The notes beneath the pieces were generated by a model. That model did not search any database. It saw nothing but the letters and a program-made list of their open reading frames with translations, and was not told the origin of the DNA. Position numbers and translations under genes: made by a program. Below are positions 1-6,390 of a DNA stretch of 26,926 nt, one piece after another. Source of the stretch: a virus (lineage: Duplodnaviria > Caudoviricetes); the IMG/VR virus record IMGVR_UViG_3300010244_000003, positions 1-26,926 of that record; one strand, written 5' to 3'. Position 1 is the stretch's first letter; every line of letters starts with the position of its first letter.

Positions 1-1
1 G

Positions 2-17
2 TGTGAGTTTGATCTCA
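2..17. promoter_or_regulatory. CRP/GlxR-like binding site (TGTGA-N6-TCTCA)
   Basis: 9/10 match to TGTGA-N6-TCACA; centre is -61.5 relative to TATACT at 59-64 if that hexamer is -12..-7. Confidence 0.5.
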
Positions 18-51
18 TTCTGCTCAGGATCGGCGGGATTCTGGGCAATCG

Positions 52-73
52 ACACGTATATACTAGGTGAGAG
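52..73 (+). repeat. 22-bp direct repeat copy 1 (ACACGTATATACTAGGTGAGAG) containing a TATACT -10-like hexamer
   Basis: 21/22 identical to 279-300. Confidence 0.85.
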
Positions 74-118
74 AGTTTGCTCCGGCGTGAATATAAACAG
101 GCGCATTCTTGCAAAGTT

Positions 119-140
119 ACAGGTACTATAGTAGTGAGAG
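119..140 (+). repeat. degenerate third copy of the 22-bp repeat (ACAGGTACTATAGTAGTGAGAG)
   Basis: Shares ACA.GTA, TATAgT and GTGAGAG with the other two copies. Confidence 0.55.
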
Positions 141-228
141 CCCGTTCGTGTACGGGTCCAGCCGTGCCAACCAGAGGGTGGATAGGCGTTCCCCAGGTTC
201 GCAGAACGCACCGCAGGGGTCTCATATT

Positions 229-244
229 AGTGAATCTAGTCACA
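229..244. promoter_or_regulatory. CRP/GlxR-like binding site (AGTGA-ATCTAG-TCACA, followed by TTT)
   Basis: 9/10 match to TGTGA-N6-TCACA with AT-rich flanks; centre is -61.5 relative to TATACT at 286-291. Confidence 0.55.
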
Positions 245-278
245 TTTGGAAGGGATGCGGGAGGTTTTCTGTTTTTTT

Positions 279-300
279 ACACGTATATACTAAGTGAGAG
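279..300 (+). repeat. 22-bp direct repeat copy 2 (ACACGTATATACTAAGTGAGAG), putative rightward promoter -10 region
   Basis: 21/22 identical to 52-73; TATACT at 286-291. Confidence 0.85.
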
Positions 301-391
301 GCGAACGAAGTGAGCCTCGAACGCAATCTCGTCTCACTGTCGTTCGTCAGTCAGGGCGCGGCCAACGCGCCCCTTCCTTCTACTAGTTAGT

Positions 392-430
392 TAACAGGCC
401 AGCCTTCGGGGGCTGGCCGTTATTACTTTT
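392..430 (+). terminator. intrinsic terminator-like hairpin in the left-end leader
   Basis: GGCCAGCC (397-404) / GGCTGGCC (411-418) stem, extendable with TAAC/GTTA, followed by T-rich TTATTACTTTT. Confidence 0.6.
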
Positions 431-558
431 ACAGTCAGTCCGGTGAGGGATCGGCCAACGATCCCGTCATCCTCCTGATCGGGAGCTCCGAAGAGCTCCC
501 TCTACAGTAGAGTCTCTTCTTCGTTCTTTGGAACTCCGAAGAACAGAAGGAGAAGTAA

Positions 559-852
559 GTGACATGGACCACATCCAACCGAAGGCAAAGGCTGCCTTCG
601 GATTGGGAGACTATCAGATTATCCACCCTCCGAAGAGACAGCTTCCGCTGCCAGCTCCGGAGACGGGGCTGCCGAGGAGCAGCCACGGAGGTTGACCACA
701 TCCTCCGAGGAGATAACCACTCCGAAGAGAACCTACAGGCGGTTTGCTCCGCCTGCCACAAATCAAAGACACAGACCGAAGCCGCCGAAGCACGGCGGAC
801 CAAGAGAGCCAGGAGGTTCCGCCCAACGGAACGCCACCCCGGCCAGAGATAG
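559..852 (+). CDS. HNH endonuclease (packaging-associated)
   Basis: C-x6-C...EVDHI...NLQAVCSACHKSKT motif; directly upstream of small terminase; SD AGGAG before GTG. Confidence 0.9.
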   Translation: MTWTTSNRRQRLPSDWETIRLSTLRRDSFRCQLRRRGCRGAATEVDHILRGDNHSEENLQAVCSACHKSKTQTEAAEARRTKRARRFRPTERHPGQR

Positions 853-863
853 GAGGTACCCGC

Positions 864-1289
864 ATGGCCGGAGTCGGCCCAGTCCCCAAGAGATCCGATG
901 AACGAATCCGCCGAAACAAGGACGACGTTGAGGTTACCAAGATCGACGCTGCCGGTGAGGTCGATCAGCCCCCGCTGGGGTTCGATGATCCTCACCCGGT
1001 AATCTCGGATCTGTGGGATTCCCTCGGAGAATCCGCACAAAACCAGTACTACGAGCCCAGCGACTGGCAGTACGCACGATTCGTGCTCCACTTCGCCGAC
1101 GGGCTGATTAAGAGTTCCCGACCCTCCGCTCAAATGTTCCAGGGCATCCACTCCGCCCTGGCCGACCTCCTGGTCTCCGAGGGCTCCCGCCGGCGAGTCC
1201 GGATGGAGATCGAGCGAGCCAACGCCCAGGCCGATGTCATCGACATCTCCGAGGAGTTCAAGAAGCGGATGGGTCTCAAAGACGACTAA
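864..1289 (+). CDS. terminase small subunit (L5 gp5-like)
   Basis: Start moved to ATG 864 after AGGAGG; N-terminus GPVPKRSDERIRRNK and YYEPSDW motif typical of actinophage TerS. Confidence 0.85.
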   Translation: MAGVGPVPKRSDERIRRNKDDVEVTKIDAAGEVDQPPLGFDDPHPVISDLWDSLGESAQNQYYEPSDWQYARFVLHFADGLIKSSRPSAQMFQGIHSALADLLVSEGSRRRVRMEIERANAQADVIDISEEFKKRMGLKDD

Positions 1290-1364
1290 GGGGTCACTGC
1301 CCCACGGCAGAAACACCGTTACCCGCTGCGACTGTGGGGCACCGACCTTGAAAGGATAAATTAA

Positions 1365-3137
1365 TTGACCACGCTGCACTGCGATGCCCACCGCATCATT
1401 GACGACGGACCCGTGGACGGGGTTATCCGCATCTCGTCCTCACACGTCCAGTACTCCCAGGGCGATCTGGTGATCCCGGATTTCACCGAGAAGGAGATGG
1501 TCGACGGCGAAGCGACGTTCACCAACGTCAAGCCGGGACGGGCTCTGGTGCAGATCCACTGGGGATTCAACAGCATGGTCTCGATCCGGGTGTCAATCCC
1601 GGACACCGACGAGATCACGCTGTCGAAGCTGGCTCTCCAGGACTACGACCTCGAACCCAACATCGTCTCCGAGGTGACCAAGCAGGCCACGAACGCCGAG
1701 AAGGCACTGGCCGATACCCAGCAGGGCCTGGATGACACCACGATCCAGGCCAATCTGGCTACCCAGGCCAGGAACCGGGCGGTGTCGGCCGCCGAGGCCG
1801 CTAACACCAGCAAACAAACAACCAACTCCTACGTTAAGACGGTCGAGACCCACATCGAGACCGTGCTGGGGTACCTGGGAGACACCGAGGCAGCCCGCGA
1901 CGCTGCCAAGGGATACTCCGAATCCGCTTCCGCCGAGGCTTCTCGGGCCGCTGAGAAGGCGCAAGCCGCCGCACAGTCCGAGACCAACTCGGCTAACTCC
2001 GCTGATGCCGCCACCCAGGCGGCCAACGACTCCGCAGAAAGCTCACAGACCGCCTCAGGAGCCGCTGAGACGGCCTCTGCCAGTCTTTCCGAGGTACAGT
2101 CCATCGAGGACTCTCTAAAGGCTCTCATGGCCGATACAGAGTCCTGGAACGATGTGCAGTACGCCCTGGAGCAGGTGGACTCCGACATCGCCTCCGCGAT
2201 GGAGAGTGTGAAGCAGGAGATCCTGGGCGGGGTTGGACCCGCGTACGACACGCTCCAGGAGCTTGCCGATGCGTTCCAGGGCAACCAGTCAGCGATCACG
2301 GCACTGACCGATCAGATCGCCGGTAAGGCCCCGAAGGATCACACCCACACCCCAGACGACATCGAAGGTACCAGCACCGGCATCGGCTACGAAGCAGCCG
2401 GTCTTCGCCTGGTCAAGACAAATTCCGCTGGATTCTTCAACATCGGTGGTGATCCGAAGCTAGAAGCTCACCCGACCAGGAAGAAGTACGTTGACCGCAG
2501 GGTCGATGAAAAGGCCGGTAAGGGCCACAAGCACACGATCCAGGATACCAACGGTCTCCAAGAAGCTCTGGATGGGAAGTCGCCCACCGGGCACGAGCAC
2601 GCCTGGGGCGAGATCTCTGGGAAGCCAGAGATCCCGGTCACCGATGTTGGATACAACACCCGCCACGCCGACGATCCACCCAGTGACTACCCCGCTGGCG
2701 TCTCGTGGGCCATGAGTACCGGTGGCTCCCGTGGATGGGACGAAGCTATCGCGGCAGATGTCCCAGATTACGAGGACAGCGGTTTCGTGATGATCCTGAC
2801 CATGAAGAACCCCTCGTACCCGATGTCCACCACCCAGCTGGTGTTCTCCTATGACAACGAGCACCGGCCCGTGTACCTCCGCAAACACTACGGTACAGAG
2901 GTAGGTTGGGGGCCGTTCCGCAGCCTCACCGACGACGGGCACACGCACGAGATCAGCGAGGTTAACGGGCTTCAGGAGAAGCTGGAGAACATCAACCCCG
3001 ATGTTGGCATCTCGGACGTGACCGGGCTCCAGCCCGCTCTCCAGGCCAAGGTCGAGGGCATGGGTATCCGATTCATCCAGGTCGTCACCCGGGTACCGAA
3101 CCCGCCCAACGCAGAAACACTGTACATCGTTATGTAG
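1365..3137 (+). CDS. tail fibre / minor tail protein
   Basis: TTG start after AAAGGA; Ala/Ser-rich coiled coil, YDTLQELA motif, repeated HxH..I.D..GLQ.AL phage tail repeats. Confidence 0.8.
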   Translation: MTTLHCDAHRIIDDGPVDGVIRISSSHVQYSQGDLVIPDFTEKEMVDGEATFTNVKPGRALVQIHWGFNSMVSIRVSIPDTDEITLSKLALQDYDLEPNIVSEVTKQATNAEKALADTQQGLDDTTIQANLATQARNRAVSAAEAANTSKQTTNSYVKTVETHIETVLGYLGDTEAARDAAKGYSESASAEASRAAEKAQAAAQSETNSANSADAATQAANDSAESSQTASGAAETASASLSEVQSIEDSLKALMADTESWNDVQYALEQVDSDIASAMESVKQEILGGVGPAYDTLQELADAFQGNQSAITALTDQIAGKAPKDHTHTPDDIEGTSTGIGYEAAGLRLVKTNSAGFFNIGGDPKLEAHPTRKKYVDRRVDEKAGKGHKHTIQDTNGLQEALDGKSPTGHEHAWGEISGKPEIPVTDVGYNTRHADDPPSDYPAGVSWAMSTGGSRGWDEAIAADVPDYEDSGFVMILTMKNPSYPMSTTQLVFSYDNEHRPVYLRKHYGTEVGWGPFRSLTDDGHTHEISEVNGLQEKLENINPDVGISDVTGLQPALQAKVEGMGIRFIQVVTRVPNPPNAETLYIVM

Positions 3138-3145
3138 GAGGTCGA

Positions 3146-3817
3146 ATGCCAAGTATACAGATGGGCAGCCGACCCCCGAACAGCATCATCGTCGGCAACA
3201 ACCCGGCTACCGGGATGCCAGCCCCGGCACGGGAGATCTGGCTCGGAGCCGAGAAGGTCTGGCCCGCTCTCACTTGGGAGTTCGAGGATGACTTCGAGCG
3301 ACCCAACGGGCCGCCCGGTCCGAAATGGAGCGGCTCGGGTGGTTGGATCAACAACGGCACCCTTCGCAAGGACGGCAACCCAGGTGAGGGGCGGCTGTGG
3401 ACGGTGCAGCAGTTCAGCTCCGACGATCTGGTTGTCAGAGCGAAGCTGGGCCCGATTGACAATGGAACAATACGAGCAGGTATCAAGCTCGGGAATCCGA
3501 CCTACGGAAGTAATTGGGTTGGGGTGGACTTCTCTGATACAGTCCTGGACATCGTTGGCTACGACGGAGACTGGCCCATCCTCGCTTCCGCCCCGGCGGA
3601 GCCGTGGGGCGCGGGGGACGAGCTAGAACTCCGGCGCGAAGGGGAAACCCTGACAGTGTACCGGAACGGGGACGAAGTGCTCCAGGGCCAGTCCCCGCTG
3701 GCGATTGGTTCTTCGTACCGGCACGTAAACCTCACCGTGAATATGGAGGAGCAAGGATTCCTCAACATCGAGAACCACGGGCCGTCGTTCGAGTCTGTGC
3801 GAGTCGGAACCTTGTAG
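3146..3817 (+). CDS. minor tail / receptor-binding protein with probable lectin-like beta-sandwich
   Basis: IWLGAEKVWP N-terminal motif, then FEDDFERPNG and a beta-rich domain (LTVYRNG); SD AGGAGG. Confidence 0.65.
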   Translation: MPSIQMGSRPPNSIIVGNNPATGMPAPAREIWLGAEKVWPALTWEFEDDFERPNGPPGPKWSGSGGWINNGTLRKDGNPGEGRLWTVQQFSSDDLVVRAKLGPIDNGTIRAGIKLGNPTYGSNWVGVDFSDTVLDIVGYDGDWPILASAPAEPWGAGDELELRREGETLTVYRNGDEVLQGQSPLAIGSSYRHVNLTVNMEEQGFLNIENHGPSFESVRVGTL

Positions 3818-3832
3818 TCGGAAGGAGGCATC

Positions 3833-5218
3833 TTGGATGCACACACGCTTGGCGAGGTGATGGGGTGGACGCTCAGCGAGTCCCGTTACCAGGAGCTTCT
3901 ACCATCGTACCTGAAGCTCATGGAGTACGCCGAGATTAACAACGTTAACAGAGCAGCCATGCTCGCGGCCCAGCTCGGGCACGAGTCGGTTGGTCTGAAG
4001 TACCAGGCAGAGATCTGGGGACCGAGCGCCGCCCAGCTCACCTACAAAGGCCGGATGGGCAACCGCCCCGGCACGACCGACTGGTCAGACTTTCGCGGCC
4101 ACGGCTGGATTCAGATCTCCGGCAGAAACAATCACACGAACTGCTCCCGCTGGGCTTACGAGCAGGGAATCATCAACGACCCTGACCTGTTCGTGAACCA
4201 CCCCGAGAAGCTGGGCCACGACGAGTACGTCTGGATCGGCCCGGCCTGGTACTGGACGGTGGCACGCCCGACCATCAATAAGATGTCGGATGCCGGTGAC
4301 CTGGAAGGTGTCACCCGAGCGATCAACGGTGGCACCAACGGTATCGCAGACCGGCGAGTACGCTACAACCGTGCGCTGCCGATAGGCGAGCGCCTGCTCC
4401 ACGACGGAGTAGCCAACCCCGGCAAGCGGATGCACGAGTTCCTGATGGACTACACCAGGGACCATGTAACCCAGCAGACACCGTGGAACTGCGGGCCAGC
4501 GAGCACCGAGACCGCGATCCTCGCTGCAACCGGCAACCACGTCCACGAATCGGACCTGGCCGTTGAGCTGGGAACCCATCGCGGCGGCACGGACTGGATC
4601 GGGCAGTTCCCCGAGGTCCTGAACCGGCACATCCCGGACGGTGAGTACACCTACTCCGAGATGCCGAACGATCCGCCGACCCAGGAGCAGGAGGACAAGC
4701 TCTGGACGGATCTCACCGCCTCGCTTGACGCTGGACACCCGCCCGTTATCAACATCGTTGCTCCACCGAGCAACTACCCGCAAGCGGTCTCGCCGTCCAC
4801 GGTCTCCCCGGCCTACGCCGGAGGGACCATCTACCACTACATCGCAGCCCTGGGCTACGCAGGCACCGGCGCTGGTCGCCGGGTCTGGATCGCTGACTCG
4901 GGCTTCCAGCCGTTCGGCTACTGGATCGGCTTTGACCAGCTGACAACGCTGATCCCGCAGAAGGGCTACGCACACTCAACCGCCCCGGCCAAGTTCAACC
5001 AGGACGAGCCGGAGCAGACATTCTTGGAGGATCTTATGGCATCCACGGTGCCCAGCTTCGTTAACCCGGATAAGGAGTTCACAGGTAGCACCAGCCTGGC
5101 TCTGATCGACCGGGCCACCTGGGAGAACCGGGTTCTGATTGAAGCACTGTTCACGGCGCTCGGCCTGGACGCAGACGCAGTGGTCGAGAAGGCAATCGCC
5201 GCCGACCGGGAAGGATAG
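3833..5218 (+). CDS. lysA: endolysin: GH19 glycosidase + C39-like cysteine peptidase + short C-terminal domain
   Basis: AQLGHESVGL, FRGHGWIQISGR and TRAINGGTNG (GH19); QQTPWNCGPAS, HYIA and IADSG (C39 Cys-His-Asp). Confidence 0.9.
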   Translation: MDAHTLGEVMGWTLSESRYQELLPSYLKLMEYAEINNVNRAAMLAAQLGHESVGLKYQAEIWGPSAAQLTYKGRMGNRPGTTDWSDFRGHGWIQISGRNNHTNCSRWAYEQGIINDPDLFVNHPEKLGHDEYVWIGPAWYWTVARPTINKMSDAGDLEGVTRAINGGTNGIADRRVRYNRALPIGERLLHDGVANPGKRMHEFLMDYTRDHVTQQTPWNCGPASTETAILAATGNHVHESDLAVELGTHRGGTDWIGQFPEVLNRHIPDGEYTYSEMPNDPPTQEQEDKLWTDLTASLDAGHPPVINIVAPPSNYPQAVSPSTVSPAYAGGTIYHYIAALGYAGTGAGRRVWIADSGFQPFGYWIGFDQLTTLIPQKGYAHSTAPAKFNQDEPEQTFLEDLMASTVPSFVNPDKEFTGSTSLALIDRATWENRVLIEALFTALGLDADAVVEKAIAADREG

Positions 5219-5221
5219 GAA

Positions 5222-5608
5222 TTGAAACTGAAGGATATTACGACCAAGGGCCTAATCCGCCTGGGCATCTTCCTGGTGGCCTCGCTGGTAGGCCTTGCCG
5301 GTGTGGCAGCTAACTTTCTCGGATACGGAGATGCTGCCGGACTGCTGGGCGGCATCTCCGCCGGGCTACTCCCCATCGTCGGTGGCACCGCCTCCTACAA
5401 CATCGAGAAGGCCCCGGACCAGGCTTTTCCCGTTAACGTAGAAAAGGTCCTCCCTGGGATCAGCACCATCTCAGGTGCCGTGAGGGAGTACGGCTCAGAC
5501 GACGAGCAGGAGGCTCCTGAGCAGAAGCCCGCCCCCAAGGAAGAGAAGCAGAAGGGCAACGCCCTCCTTACCGATCTCCGCAAGCGCGTCTCGCAGAACG
5601 TGAAGTGA
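5222..5608 (+). CDS. probable holin
   Basis: Two N-terminal hydrophobic segments, charged C-terminus, immediately after endolysin. Confidence 0.65.
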   Translation: MKLKDITTKGLIRLGIFLVASLVGLAGVAANFLGYGDAAGLLGGISAGLLPIVGGTASYNIEKAPDQAFPVNVEKVLPGISTISGAVREYGSDDEQEAPEQKPAPKEEKQKGNALLTDLRKRVSQNVK

Positions 5609-5612
5609 TCCT

Positions 5613-6029
5613 GTGACCCGCGCTATGAAAGTTCTGGTCGGGATTCTCGCGTGGGTCATGACGGCCCGAGGGATTGATTACGTCTCCGGGAACTCCTACG
5701 ACATGGGCCGACTCTGGGGCGATCACCTGTTCATGACCGAGCTGTGGGGTGCAGCCTGCCTAATCATCGCCCTGCTATCGGTGATCGGGCTGGTATTCGA
5801 CCGCACCCGGCTGGTGATTAACACCGCTGTCGGCGGAATGGCTGTTTGCATCATGTTCGCCATCCAGGTCGCAGAGGTGCGGATGTTTGCCTGGCCTCCC
5901 GAGGACATCCGGATCATCACCGACCACCTGGGCCAAGCCGCCATGTGGCTGCTGGTCGCTGTGACCGTGCACTACAGATCGGGGGTCGAGAAGAGAAAGG
6001 CAGAAATACTAGAGGAGGCTGATGGGTGA
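5613..6029 (+). CDS. multi-pass membrane protein (lysis cassette)
   Basis: About four hydrophobic segments; tightly packed in the lysis region. Confidence 0.7.
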   Translation: MTRAMKVLVGILAWVMTARGIDYVSGNSYDMGRLWGDHLFMTELWGAACLIIALLSVIGLVFDRTRLVINTAVGGMAVCIMFAIQVAEVRMFAWPPEDIRIITDHLGQAAMWLLVAVTVHYRSGVEKRKAEILEEADG

Positions 6030-6390
6030 GTGGCTAGATTGGCTCACCACTACCCCACAAGGGCAGTTCCTTCTCGGAGTTGCTGTGCTTATCTTCGGCT
6101 CCCAGGCCGTCCTATCGGAGGAGAATCTAAAAGGCAAGCTGTGGGGATTGGGAGCCCCTGCCCGGTGGTTTAAACGCCGCCAGAAGAAGGCAGCAGAGGA
6201 AGAAGTTGAGGAAACCAAGCGGCTACGCGAGCTGACCGAACAGCAGCACCGCTACATCGTATGGATCACAGCGATCCTACGAGCCATCGAGGTCTGGGCG
6301 GCGGACAACGGGCACGAACTCCCGCCGCCGCCGTTTATGACCTTTAACGAGTGGATGAAAGAGAAGGAGGAAGAAGAAGGAGGTGAGTAG
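6022..6390 (+). CDS. single-pass membrane protein with helical C-terminus (lysis cassette)
   Basis: One N-terminal TM, basic patch, acidic helix, ELPPPP motif; overlaps both neighbours; SD GAGGAGG. Confidence 0.7.
   Translation: MGEWLDWLTTTPQGQFLLGVAVLIFGSQAVLSEENLKGKLWGLGAPARWFKRRQKKAAEEEVEETKRLRELTEQQHRYIVWITAILRAIEVWAADNGHELPPPPFMTFNEWMKEKEEEEGGE

Noticed and set aside
77-313. Short ORFs at the left end
   Set aside because: No SD, atypical codons, and they overlap repeats and hairpins better explained as regulatory
1290-1350. Possible tRNA (cluster A phages have tRNAs near here)
   Set aside because: Single long hairpin; no D/T-loop consensus or acceptor end
435-1391. 318-aa minus-strand ORF
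   Set aside because: Antisense shadow of HNH/terS; no motifs; long shadow ORFs are expected at high GC3
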